Assembly: GCA_002104905.1 (NCBI GenBank)
Contig: MCFE01000457.1
Span: 7,871 to 71,870 of the forward strand
Source: Basidiobolus meristosporus CBS 931.73
Lineage: Eukaryota > Fungi > Basidiobolomycota
DNA: 64,000 bases
Reading direction: 5' to 3'
The stretch's first letter is position 1, and every line of letters starts with the position of its first letter. Of the stretch, positions 43,041 to 56,714 are shown in pieces. The notes beneath the pieces are model-generated. The model saw only the letters and a list, made by a program, of their open reading frames with translations, was not told the DNA's origin and made no database searches. The position numbers were made by a program, and so were the translations under genes.

Positions 43041-46000
43041 TATTACAAGTCTTGGTATAAGAGTTGTAGAGGAATAGGGGGTTTATCTAGTATTGTATTC
43101 ACTAAAACTTGAACTGATCTTTATTGAGGTTCCAGCAGCTCCTTATATACATTTTGCCAGATTAATTTCTTACTGATTGTATTTCCTAATGTGGGCTGTG
43201 GCTGCTGACTCATATGATTGCATCATCATCACCCAATAAGATCCTACCTAATATTTATCTTGTCTGATAAGGATCTGCTGATTCATTTGCTGACTTATGC
43301 TACTAATTTGATAGATGATACTGATATAGTGATAAGCTAAACATGTACCTAATTGATTTGACTAAAAACAGATCTAACTTAAACATTCAAGCAGCATATC
43401 ATAACATTCTCCCCTACTAAAGTTGAGAGGGTTCTCGTAAGTAGCTTTTCTTCTGATACCAATATCTTGATGCTTCAGTATTATTAGCAAGTCCTGCAAG
43501 CTTGAGTCTGTCCCTATGCACTAAGTCTTCCTGGATATTGCCTTGTTTGTCCACTAGTTGGTAAGTTGCAAATGGACATTTTCTGATGATCATAAAAGGT
43601 CCTGTTCATTGTGGATCAAACTTCTTCTGAGTCTTGTTTCTTTGCTATACAAAGTTCCCAACTGTCAATGCTTCTGGTGTTATATTCTTATCAAATCACC
43701 ACTTCATCTTTTCTGCACTTTGAGAGACTTTAGTTTGTGCCTCTTGACATTTTTGTTCCAGTTGCTGGTGTCTACTTGGCTGACTGAGTTCATCTTATAA
43801 GGCGTCTGTAAGCTTTGGTTGTGTGAGATCTCCTGGAATCATTGGTTCACATCCATATACTGAGCAAAATGGAATTTGTTGGGTAATATTGTGTACTCTG
43901 ACTTGGCATGCAAAGAGTTCTTGGTCTATATACTCATCCCTTCTATTGACAACTCTGTTTACATACTAGGTCAGTATTTTTTGAAATAATCCTTTGAACT
44001 GTTCAGTGACTCCAATTAGTCTTGGGGTGATCTGCCAATGTTTTCAAGTGTTTGATCTGCTGCATTTCCAGGTAAGCTTCCAATGTGTTTGCCATAAAGC
44101 TTACACCTCTGTTGGCATCCAAACTTTGTAAGGATATCATGGTAGATGAAACTAGCAACCTCTTGTTGACTGGCTATAAGTACAGCTTTAGCCAGTGGCC
44201 ATTTAGTGGCATGGTCAATTGCTACTAGGAACCAACAGTTGCATTTCCTGGTAGTTGGCAGTCTCCTAATAAAGTCAAATCCCCATCTTTCCAACGGTCT
44301 TACTGGCTCCAAGGGAAAGAGTTCAGCAATTCTCTGTGGTTGGCCTTGGTTGATTTGGCAATTTGGGCATGTTTTCACTAGCTTCTCAATGTCTTGTTTC
44401 ATTCTGGGCCACCATGCTCTGTCTTTCACAAGGCTATAGGTTCCTTCAATTCCAAGATGTCCATATCCATTGTGTAGCTTACGTATTAAGTCCAGGCAAG
44501 TAACATAAGGGCAATAGGCAATACGGCTTCCATCAACAGCTTGGTAGAGTGTGTCATCCTGTACTACAAATTTGTTACCTTCATCCCAGATTATCTTCTT
44601 GATATCTTCATCCACCTCATTAGGAATGGCTTGGTCCTCCAAGTACTTTGGTAATAGGCTAGGCCAATCTGATTCATGCACCAAGTTGAGTTGTGCAACT
44701 TGTTCTTATCTTGATAAGACATCAGCAACTATGTTTTTTTTCCAGGGCAGTAGACAATCTCCAAATCAATTTCTGAATGTATTCACTCCATTCTGTCATT
44801 CTTCTAGAGAGTATCTGCTGGGTAAACATATACTTGAGGGAGGCATGATCAGTCTTAATGGTGCATTTGACTCCTTCAATATAGCATCTCCATGTCTTCA
44901 AACAGTGTGTTATAGTAAGCATCTCCTTCTCATACACTGGATAATTTTGTTCAGCTGAGTCCAACTTCTTGGATTTAAAGACAACAGGGCAGTTTTTCCC
45001 TTGTGTTCTTAGCTCAACACTCCACCAATTGCATAATCTGATGCATCTGTGCACAGAGTGAGCTCTTTTCTGAAATCAGGTATTCTTAAGCTTGGCAGCT
45101 TAGCAAGTTTATTCTTGAGCATCTGGAAGGCAGTCTCACAAGCTATGTCCACTTGTAGGTATTGTCTTTCTTGAGGATATCAGTTAAAGGGGCTGCAATA
45201 CTTGCAAAGGACTTGACAAATCTCCAATAATAGGAAACCATCTCAAGGAATGATCTGTGCTCTGATATGCTATGGGGCTGCTTCAGATTCTTGATAACTT
45301 CAACCTTTTTAAGGTCTAAGGTTACTCCTGTGCTAGTAATTGTGCATCCCAGATATTCAACATTTTCCTTGAGGAATTCACACTTGGGTAGCTTGCCAGA
45401 AAGCTTGTTCTCTCTTAGCTTCCTAGAGACCTTTTGAACATGACTAAGTTATCCTTTTCTGTCTTGCTGTATATCAATATATCATCTAGGTAGATTATGA
45501 CAAACTTGTCTAAGTACTCCTGAAAGACAGTCTGCATCCGGGTCATGAATGTTGCAGGGGCATTGGTGAGGCCAAAACTCATGACTAAGTACTTGTAATG
45601 TCCATATCTGGTCCTGAATGCTGTCTTAGGGATGTCTTCTGGATTCACCTTAATCTGATTGTATCCTGACATGAGGTCAATCTTGATGAAAATAGTGGCA
45701 CCATTGAGTTGGTCCAAGAACTTGTCAATCCAAGTTATGGGGAACTTATTCTTCACAGTAACTGATTTGAGGGCTCTGTAGTCAACGCACATTCTAAGTA
45801 TTCCATCCTTCTTCTTCACAAAAGTACTGGTGCTCCTCAAGGTGACTTGCTGGGTCTAATATATCCTTGCTCCAATAACTGATCTATTTGTCTCTTTGTT
45901 TCTTGCAATTCCAATGGACTCATTCTGTAAGGTGTCTTATTCACTGGAGGGCCATCTCCTGTTTCAATGGCATAATCCACATCTCTGACTGGTGGTAGGC

Positions 46001-48425
46001 TTACAAGCTCATCTGGAAATACATCAGAATACTCCTTCAAAAGAGTCTGGACCTTCTGTGGTACTGGAGTAGAGGAGTCCTCCTGTAATACCGCCATGAG
46101 GAACATCTGGGTACCTTTTCTAAGTGCTCTACAGAGCTGGGTCTTGCTAAGTTCACTTGTCTCACACACACTGGAATTGACCAAGTTGAAATCCAGCCTG
46201 GCAGGTAATAGTGCCTTTTCTTAGTGTTTTACCAAGCTGTGTCTTGCTAAGTTCACTTGTTTCACACACACTGGAATTGACCAAGTTACAATCCAGTCTG
46301 GCAGGTAATAGCTTGTAGGTCTTGTTGTCCTTCTGGATACAAGTAGCAAAGGTTCTCCAGTTGATTGATGGACTACAACAAAATAGCCAGGTTTTCCCAA
46401 GTACAAGGTCAAACTTGCAGTTCCCAAATATATAGGCCTGTGGATCTTCTTCATAGTCATCGATCTTCATCCTTACTGACTGAGTAAAATGGTTGATTAT
46501 ATGAGAGTTACCATCAGCTGTTGAGATTAAAGTTGATTTGGTGGGTTCCAAGTGGATTCCAGCTTTCAAAGCAAATTGCTCTGACATGTACTCATGCAAT
46601 GCTCCTGAGTCAATCATGTTCTTGTCCAGTACTCCATTGATTACTCCATTTAAGTATAATAGCTTTCCTGAGGTTGAGGTCATCTGGGATAGTTATTCTT
46701 CTGTGATATAGAAGGTGATTTCTGAGTCTTCTTCAAGTTCATCCTCCATGGTACTATGCACATGGCCTCAATATGGTTAGAGTTTCTTGATGGCTGGTGT
46801 CCATTTCTTCTCTGAGGGCAGTACTTTGCAATATATCCCTTCTGGTGGCAGTTGAAGCAAAGTCCTTTCTACTTACATTCATATAAGGTAGAATTCTTCT
46901 GCACAGCATCTATTTCCATTGGCACTGCTTCTGATTGTCTTCTTTCAAAGTGATTTTAGCCTCTCTGATTAGTCACTGTGGGCTTCCCAACTCCAAACAT
47001 AGCTGAGTCATTGTCAATGGCAATCTTGATGGCTTCTTCATTAGTCTGAGGTCTTTGATAATTCACTTCCTTACAAGCTCTTTCTTTCAACCTATCAATA
47101 CAGTATTCAACTTGATCCAGAGGGTCCATTCTTTCAATTTGTCCAAGTAGACATCTATATTCATTGATGTACTCATGGACCATTCCTTTCTGTCTAAGTG
47201 TCTTCAACTTTCTTCTTAGTAGTGTCTGTTGGTATGGGGGCTCAAAGGAATCCTGAATTTCAAGCCCTAACTCATCCCAGGTAGAGATTATAGAGCATCC
47301 CATCATGGTGGCAGGTCTGATCTTGCAGTAGTACCATTGTAAAGCTGCATCTGTCATGTAAGATGCTGCATAATGTAACTTGCTTTCTGGAGCAATTCCC
47401 GCAGCCTTGAAAGCTTCTTCAGTATGGAAGGGCCAAGTTCCCAGGTTTTCATTGACTCTACCATGGTACTGGCTGACTTTGACACTGAAGTTGCTCTTGA
47501 CAAGGTTTTGCTGGCTTTGGGCCATGGTAGTTGTTTCTTGTGGCTGTTGGCTAAGGATCTGGAGTAACTGTTGCTGCTGGGCCAGGATTTGTTGCAAAGC
47601 ATTCTTCCATTCTTGATTTTTGGACATCTTAAGGGAGTCTTCTTCTTTCTTCAGGATGGATGTTTCTGGTTATTACTGCTACCAATGTTACAAGTCTTGT
47701 TATAACAGTTGTAGAGGAATAGGGAGTTTTGCTAGTATTGTATTCACTAAAACTTAAACTGAACTTTATTGACATTGCAGTAGCTCCTTATATACATTTT
47801 GCCATAATAATTGCTGACTAATTGTATTTCCTAATATAGGCTGTGACTGATGACTTATTTGATTGCATCATCATCACCCTACAAAATCCAACTTAATATA
47901 TCTATTTCTGTCTGATCAGGATCGGCTGATTCATTTGCTGACTAATGCTACTAATTTGATAGATGATACAAATGTTACAAGTCTTGGTATAGGAGTTGTA
48001 GAGGAATAGGGAGTTTAGCTAGTATTGTATTCACTAAAGCTTGAACTGATTTTTATTGAGGTTCCAGCAGCTCCTTATATACATTTTGCCAGATCAATTG
48101 CTAACTGATTGTATTACCTAATGTAGGTTGTGGCTGATGACTCATTTGATTGCATCATCATCACCCAATAGGATCCTACTTAATATATCTATTTCTGTCT
48201 GATAAGAATCTGCTGATTCATTTACTGACTAATGCTACTGATTTCATAGATAATACTGAAATACTGATACCTAAACATATACTAATTGATTTGACTAAAA
48301 ACTGATCTAACTTAAACATTCAAGCGGCAGATCATAACACTAATATAGTGATAAGTTAAGCATATAACTAATTGATATGACTAAAAACAGATCTAACATA
48401 AAAATTCAAACAGCAGATCATAACA
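43041..48425 (-). mobile_element. Gypsy family A copy A3, full-length and decayed, inserted antisense into the A2 RT
   Basis: 3' LTR 43041-43406 next to the PPT; pol; gag from 47627; PBS; 5' LTR 47686-48425. Perfect GAAG duplication at 43037-43040 and 48426-48429. Confidence 0.92.
47973..48339 (-). mobile_element. Gypsy family A solo LTR inserted inside the 5' LTR of A3
   Basis: A complete LTR splits the A3 LTR. Flanks CAAA/CTAA, where other LTR copies read CTGA. Confidence 0.85.
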
Positions 48426-50066
48426 GAAGTAGGATGGGACACTTGGGATGTGCATTGACTACGGAACTGTCAACTCTGTTACCATGAAGAATAAGCACCC
48501 CATACCTTGGATTGATGAGCTTTTAGACCAACTCATTAAAGCCAGTATTTTCAGCAAGATTGACCTCATGTCAGGATACAATCAGATTAAGGTGAAGCCA
48601 GAAGACATCCCTAAAAGAGCATTCAGGACCAGATATGAACATTACAAGTACTTAGTCATGCGTTTTAGCCTCACCAATGCCCCTGCAACATTCATGACCC
48701 TGATGCAGACTGTCTTCCAGGAGTACTTAGACAAGTTTGTCATAATCTACCTAGATGATATATTGATATACAGGAAGACAGAAGAGGATCACTTGTTGCA
48801 CATTAAAAAGTTCTTGAAATAACCAGGAGTGAAAAAGTTTTATGGCAAGCTACCCAAGTGTGGCTTCCTCAAGGAACATGTTGAATATCTGGGACACATA
48901 GTGACTTGCACAGGAGTAACCTTAGACCCTAAGAAGGTTGAAGTTATCAAGAATCTGAAGCAGCCCCATAGCATATCAGAGCACAGATCATTCCTTGGAA
49001 TGGTTTCCTATTATTGGAGATTTGTCAAGTCCTTTGCAAGTATTGCAGCCCCTTTAACTGATATCCTCAAGAAAGACAATACCTACAAGTGGACATAGCT
49101 TGTGAGACTGCCTTCCAGATGCTCAAGAATGAACTTGCTAAGCTGCCAAGCTTAAGAATACCTGATTTCAGAAAAGAGCTTACTCTATGCACAGATGCTT
49201 CAGATTATGCAATTGTTGAAGTGTTGAGCCAAGAACATGAGGGAACAGACTACCCAGTTGCCTTTGACTCCAAGAAACCAAACTCAGTAGTACAAAACTA
49301 TCCAGTGTAAGAGAAGGAGATGCTTGCTATAATATACTGTTTGAAGACATGGAGATGCTAAATTGAAGGAGTCAAATGCATTTTGAAGACTGAGCACGTC
49401 TCCCTCAACTATATATTTACTTAGGAGGTACTCTCTAGAAGAATGACACAATGAAGTGAATACATTCAGCAATTGATTTGGAGATTGTCTACTGCCCTGG
49501 AAAAAACAACACAATTGCTGATGCCTGACCAAGATTAGAACAAGTTGCACAACTCAACTTGGTGCATGAATCAGATTGGCCTAGCCTATTACCAAAGTAC
49601 TTGGAGGACCAAGCCATTCCTAATGAGGTGGATGAAGATATCAAGAAGATAATCTGGGATGAAGGTAACAAATTTGTAGTACAGGATGACACACTCTACC
49701 AAGCTGTTGATGTAAGCCGTATTGCCTATTGCCCTTATGTTACTTGCCTGGACTTAATACGTAAGCTACACAATGGATATGGACATCTTGGAATTGAAGG
49801 AACCTATAGCCTTGTGAAAGACAGAGCATGGTGGCCCAGAATGAAACAAGACATTGAGAAGCTAGTGAAAACATGCCCAAATTGCCAGATCAACCAAGGC
49901 CAACCACAGAGAATTGCTGAACTCTTTCCCTTGGAGCTAGTAAGACCATTGCAAAGATGGGGAATTGACTTTATTAGAAGACTGCCAACTACCAGGAAAT
50001 GCAACTGTTGAATCCTAGTAGCAATTGACCACACCACCAAATGGCCAGTTGCTAAAGCTGCCCCAA

Positions 50067-50435
50067 TATTACAAGTCTTGGTATAAGAGTTGTAGAGGAA
50101 TAGGGAGTTTAGCTAATATTGTATTCAATAAAGCTTGAACTGATCTTTATTGAGGTTCCAGCAGCTCCTTATACACATTTTGCCAGATCAATTGCTGACT
50201 AATTATATTACCTAATGTAGGTTGTGGCTGATGACTCATTTAATTGCATCATCATCACCCAATAAGATCCTACTTAATATATCTATTTCTGTCTGATACG
50301 GATCTGCTGATTCATTTGCGGACTAATGTTACTGATATAATAGATAATACTGATATACTGATAACCTAAACATATAACTAATTGATTTGACTAAAAACTG
50401 ATCTAACTTAAACATTCAAGCAGCAGATCATAACA
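50067..50435 (-). mobile_element. Gypsy family A solo LTR inserted in the A2 integrase
   Basis: A complete LTR interrupts ..WPVAKA|ASEQEVA... Flanks CCAA/CCTA. Confidence 0.85.
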
Positions 50436-51939
50436 CCTAGCCAGTGAACAAGAAGTTGCAATTTTCATCTACAATGAGATCCTTATAAAGTCTAGATGCC
50501 CTGTAGAGATTCTATACAATAGAGGCACATACTTTATGGCAAAGACATTGGAAGCTTACCTGGAAATGCAGCAGATCAAACACTTGAAAACATTGGCATA
50601 TCACTCCAGAACTAATGGAGTCACTGAACAGTTTAAAGGATTATTTGGAAAAATGCTGACCTAATATGCAAATGGAACTGTCAGTAGATGGGATGAGTAT
50701 ATAGACCAAGCACCCCTTGAGTGAACAGTAAGAGTACACAATACCACCCAACAATTGCCACTTTACTTAATGCATGGATGTGAACCAAGGATTGCAGGCA
50801 ATCTCTCACAGCCAAAGCTTACAGACACCTTAGAAGATGGACTCAGTCAGCCAAGTAGACACTAGCAACTGGAACAAAAACATCAAGAAGCACAGACCAA
50901 ACGCTCTTAAAGTGCAGCAAAGATGAAGCAGAGATTTGATATGATTATATCACCAGAAGCATTGACAGCTGGGAGCTTTGTATTGCTAAGAAACAACAAT
51001 CAGAAGAAGTTTGATCCCCAATGGACAGGACCCTTTGAGATCATCAGAGAATGTCCATTTGCAACTTACCAACAAGTGGGCAAACAAGGCAATATCCACA
51101 AAAACCTAGTGCATAGGGACAGACTCAAGCTTGCAAGACTTGCTGATAATACTCAACCATCAAGATATCCTTATTACAAGAAATGAGATTCAGGAGAACC
51201 CTCTCAACTTTTGAAGGGGAGGATGTTATGGTCTGCCACTTGAATGTTTAAGTTAGATCAGTTTTTAGTCAAATCAATTGGTATATGTTTAGGTTATCAG
51301 TATATCAGTATTATCTATCAAGTCAGTAAATTAGTCAGTAAATAAATCAACAGATCCTTACCAGACAGGAATAGATATATTAAGTAGGATCTTATTGGGT
51401 GATGATGATGCAATTAAATGAGTCATCAGCCACAGCCTACATCAGGAAATACAATTAGTCAGCAATTAATCTTGCAAAATGTATATAAGGAGCTGCTGGA
51501 ACCTCAATAACAATCAGTTCAGGTTTCAGTCAATACAATACTAGCAAAACTTCCCATTCATCTTCTACTTTCATACCAAGACTTGTAACACTATACTACT
51601 AATTTGTTACCAACAGGGGTTGGCAAAGGCACCATTAGAACACCCTGAAGTTTCTTGCCATAGAAGACCATTGGAAGCATTGGCCAGTTTGGCCTTCTCA
51701 AACAATGGTCAGCTGTGATATCTGTTTTGGCATATTAATGAGATGCATTAGAAGCAAAATGGAGAATTAGAATATGTACATGATATTCACTTATTGTTTT
51801 AGTTGGTTGCAGATCAGCATTTATACTTGTTGCAGCACTTTATAAGTGTAACTATTTTGTCATTACAAGGAAAGCCTCAGGAGTATATGTGCAAGGTTCC
51901 AGCTCATTTAGACACATTTCAGATTTTCTTGAAGTTCCA

Positions 51940-53805
51940 AACTTCACTAGATTCAGGACAACCCTCTCAATCTTAGTAGGGAAGAATGTTATGATCTGCT
52001 GCTTGAATATTTAAGTTAGATCTGTTTTTAGTCAAATCAATTAGTTATATGCTTAGCTTATCACAGTATCAGTATAATTCATCAAGTTAGTAGCATTAGT
52101 CAGCAAATGAATCCACAGATCCATATCAGACAGAGATAGATATAAGGTAGGATCTTATTGGGTGATGATGATTCAATCAAATGAGTCATGAGCCAAAGCC
52201 TAAATTGGCAAATACAATTAGTCACCAATTGATCTGGCAAAATGTATATAAGGAGCTGCTGGAACCTGAATAAAGATCAGTTCAGGTTTTAGTGAATACA
52301 ATACTAGCTAAACTTCCTATTCCTCTACAACTCTTGTACCAAGACTTGTAGCAATAGTATAATATATAAACAGTTACTTTAGTGTGAAGGTTAACTAGCA
52401 CCAATGTATAGTCAATGAACAGATGCAAACTTGGCTCTTTCAAGCTGAAGAAGCATTTATGATGAAGAAATTGCCCCAGGAGGCTAGCTGAATTATGCAA
52501 GACCTTACTTGTTGGTTGAAGCTTTGTAGAGGCACCGCAACAAGATCAGGTCAGCTACATTGATGGGACGCTGTTTCAACTCTACTGCATACATATATTT
52601 TGATAGGATTCAGGGTGCTTATGAGTCTCCACCCCAGCAGACACTACTAAGGCAGATGCTGAAGACACTTAGACAGAAAGAAATGGATTGAGAATTCATC
52701 TGTCAGTATAGGTGTCTACTTTGACAGATTGAAAGACTTGACCCTATGATTGAATTGAGTACTTGACTGATAGGGTGAAAGACGCAACTTGCAAGGAGGC
52801 AAATTATTAAAGACCTCACACTACTGAAGACAACATCAAGATTGCCATTGACTATGGCTCAGCTATACTTGTAGTTGGAATGCCAACAGTGACAAGCCAA
52901 AAGGCTACAATCACTACAACAGAGCACAATCACAATAAGTGCCAATGGATATAAATGCTATGCAGCAGAATTCCAAATGAGAAGAATGTAAGAAGTAAGT
53001 ACTTTGTTGCAATTGTTGCCAACATAGGCATATACCAAAATACTGCCCCCAGAGAAGAAATGGACATTAGTCAACAAGAACCTTCCACACTATGGAAGTC
53101 CAAAAGCAAAGAGAGGTGAAAGAAGAGTTGGAGGAGCACTCAAAGCTCACCTTCCATATGCTGTATGAATACTATTCCTTTATGAACTCAAGCTTGGGAA
53201 TACAATTGTACCTGAATGGAGTCATCAACGGAGTACCTGCCAAGATCATGATTGACTCAGGAGCATCGCATGAATACATGTCAGAGCAATTTGCTTTGAA
53301 AGCTGGAATCAACTCGGAACCTACCAAATCAACTTCAGTTTCCACAGCTGATGGGAACTCCCACATAATCAACCGTATTACCCAGCCAGTAAGAATGAAT
53401 ATCAATGACTATGAAGAAGACCTACAGGCTTATATATTTGGGAACTGCAAGTTTGACCTTGTACTTGGAAAAACCTGGCTATTTTGTTGTAATCCATCAA
53501 TCAACTGGAGAACCCATGCTACTCAGATTCAAGACTCAGGAGCATTACACAAGTATATGTCAGAGCGGTTTTCCTTGATAAGGAAAATTGACTTGGAAGA
53601 CACCAAATCAACATCAATCTCAATAGCCAATTGGAGCTCTCAGATAACTGATCCTATTATTTGGCCAGTAAGAATGCGGATCAAAGAGAATGAGGGAGAC
53701 CTAAAGGCCTACATGTTGGGGAAATTCAAATCCGCTATGGTATTTGGAAAAACATGACTATTTGACCATAGTCCATCAATCAATTGGAAAACCCATACAC
53801 TCAGA
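51940..53805 (+). mobile_element. Gypsy family A copy A4: PPT, LTR (51987-52353) and heavily decayed gag-protease with a duplicated protease segment
   Basis: The LTR matches family A. The downstream sequence aligns to gag with many substitutions. Two consecutive DSGA segments, at 53253 and 53533. Confidence 0.8.
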
Positions 53806-53809
53806 TTTA

Positions 53810-56712
53810 AAATGATAATCAGACCTATCAGCTACTACCTGTTGTACTGGATTTTAACTTGGTCAGCCCCAACATGTGTGACACAACTGAGGATAGTATA
53901 TCTCAGCTCTAGATCTGCAAAGCCACTGAGTGCAATGATGAAAAGTAAACTAATATTCAAGAGGCCACACAAAGTCATGTACATCATTGCCTTGAAGTGG
54001 GCATATAATGGGGCAACCAGAAATGCAAGACCAAGAAGAACAACAAGATAAATCATAGCTAGGACCAGTCATGTTTAGTTTTGAGAATATTAGTCTTAGT
54101 ATTGGATATTCTTATACAGAAAAATTGGCAAAGTTTTAAATGTTGATGTACAACAAGTAGCAAAGAGGCATCAGGTAACCCAATGACTGCTGATAAGGGA
54201 CAATCAGGTAGAAACTGATGCCCTCATGCAGTATTTTTTTAAGAGAAAATGTAGTTCAATACAATAAGTACTCAGTCAAGGTGGTACTTAAGCAGCCAAC
54301 ACTGATGAGAACCAGCAGCATGCTCAGTAACCCACCACAAATTCCACTAAAGGCATTGTGATAAGCTTTTGAGTTCTTAACATTGTTACTTTGTCTGTAA
54401 ATGGGATCTCCACTTTATCAACTATGGAGGATGTGGAGGCTGTGGTAGACACATTGCTTTTCTATGCAAACTCTTCTACCTTACTGGAGTGTGGCCCAAC
54501 AAGCTATGCTTCCAACTCTTGTAAAAACAGCTGTTTTCTTGTTGATAACTCTTCATGGCTATCAGAAATGCTATGACAGGCCCCTTAGGAATCCATTTGC
54601 TTTTATCACTGCCAGGTCCTCTACTGCTACCCTCACTGAGTGCCTCTTCAGCAGAACTACACTTTTTCCTTGGAAAATGCTGTGCTGATGCATCTGTGTC
54701 TGCCTGCTTTTCCCTTATTGACACCCTTCCAGCTACCTGATGTCACTTTGACACGTGTTTGGAGCTTTTGGCCCTACTTGTATTGGGCTCTTGAGGAAGC
54801 TGCTAATTTGTAGACATTGCACCCTTGTTCTTCTGCCTTTGATAGTTTCTGCTATTCTTAGGATACTGTCTTGGCATACCAATGCTGGCCCAAAATCTGT
54901 GTGCTAGCTTGAATTCAGGATAAAACTCATGGATCAAGTCAGGTGCATTCTGCTTGGCCTTGAATGCTTGTTGCTTCCATGATATGCCAGCCATAAGGCC
55001 TTGTCATGCTAGACTTCTAAAAACCTCATGAATAATAGCCCACTCTTCAGCATTCCACTCAACAGCCTATTAGATCTTCAGTGTCTTATGATTTTTTAAG
55101 CTTTAGTTATATCCTAAATTTTCTTCCTCCCATGCTGTAATAGGTTTCTCTGTAGTGTTATCTTTGGGCAATGCTATAGTTCTTCAAAGACTGTTCAATA
55201 TTCCTCTGCTGTTACAATGGGAAATGGCTCAATTCTAGTCTGTGACATTTAGCTACTTGAGTTCCTACTTTGCAGCAACAATACTGCTTTCTCTACCTGA
55301 GATGTTAATTGCTCTACATCTTGAGTCTGCTCATCCTGTTTCTGGACTACTTCCTGATCACCTGGGCCATTGCATCTATACTATCTGCCACTGCACCTAA
55401 TGGCCACATAAATGCTTTGGCATGAGCAGTCAATATACCTGCTAGTATTGGTGGTGGTGATGATATGACAGCCACGTGCTGGTCATCAACTGAAGGTGCT
55501 GCTTTTACTACATTCTCATCTGCCTCAGTATTATGGTCTGCTTGCAGCTATGCAGAGATTCCCAATTGCCTACTTGACTGACAGCATGAGGTATTCACAT
55601 TGTTACCTTCTGTGGGCACACCATCCACAGGAACTTTTTGGTTGTAGCCCTGCTTGTTGCACTGAAGGTCATAGCAAGCTGTTGTCCAACCCTTCTTCTG
55701 CTGCTGTCAATTGTGAAACTTTGTTGAGAACCTGAAAACTTTGTTTTATTTTTTGGTGGCATGTATATGGAAGTGAGTCAAACCAAAAGGGAAATGGTGT
55801 TATATATATTTGTATAGGTGATGCCACAACATTAATTATAATGCTTACTATGGCAAGTCATCACTGAATCTTCCATTTGTGTACGTGCAATGTCTCATGT
55901 ACAAGGCTGCCTCAATTTCTCATGAGTATTAATAAAAAAGTGATGTAATAGTGTTATGTTGTTGAGTGTCAAACTGTTTGCCCCATGGACAGGACTACTC
56001 TGATTCAATGCTGTATGAGAAGAAAAAAACACCATGTGGCTATTGTAGCAGGTATCCTGGCCATTACACATGCCAAAAGCACAGGAAGTATTTCAAGGAT
56101 CATGGCCAGTGTTTTGCTGAGCAAGTCACATTTGACTATTCACCAGTAAAAATTGTACCAATAATACTTTGATGGCCACTTGATGCCTCTTTGTCAGCAC
56201 CTGGCTGCACTTGTCACCTTGGGCAAACTGAGTCAGGTGAGTTTGTGACACCTCTAGGCTTACCCCAGCCATCTGAATATGGCACACAGAGTAATAGCTC
56301 TGAAGAAACCGGCTTATTAATAGATTGTGATCCTATCTTGTAATAAGAGCACCCTGCATGAGCCTGGCAAAATCCCATCATGGAATGAGACATTACCTGT
56401 GGAAAAAAATGCCAAGGATACTTAACAGAGTCAAGTAAACCCAGTAATCCATCCACTGGTGAATGATGAGTTGTTGTGGCTAGAGAAGTGGCATGTTTCC
56501 AGTAATATCAGTAATGAGGGCCATGAGGATCTACTACTACTTCTTGCTAAAATTATCCTGGGATACATCTTACTATGTATATGGAATAAACAGTCAACAA
56601 TCCTGTGGCTGGCAATGTATGACCCAGAAATTATCCTGATACCTGCATATGTCAGCAGTTGCATGGTACACACATCAGAAAATGCCACCATTGTATGGTG
56701 TCCAGCTGACAC
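53810..56712. mobile_element. Second CACTA copy: decayed accessory ORF (minus strand, from ~55770) and 5' part of the transposase (plus strand, from 55985)
   Basis: 55.3-56.7 kb is collinear with 20.75-22.4 kb (without the MITE) and with 59.5-61.25 kb. Confidence 0.75.
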
Positions 56713-56714
56713 TG

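Larger units (their letters stand above)
41436..51590 (+). mobile_element. Gypsy family A copy A2, decayed, hosting A3 and a solo LTR
   Basis: 5' LTR 41436-41803 with PBS TGGTAGCAG; gag-protease; RT resumes at 48430; integrase; PPT; 3' LTR 51224-51590. Flanks CCAT/CTAT. Confidence 0.9.

Noticed and set aside
26713-53800. Classical Neurospora-type CpA RIP
   Set aside because: Some CAA/CAG>TAA/TAG changes exist, but the changes I checked are dominated by CpG transitions and the DNA is not extremely TpA-rich. A computed spectrum is needed before claiming RIP.
53835-54056. Small membrane protein gene
   Set aside because: A short hydrophobic ORF inside decayed TE sequence, with no support as an independent gene.
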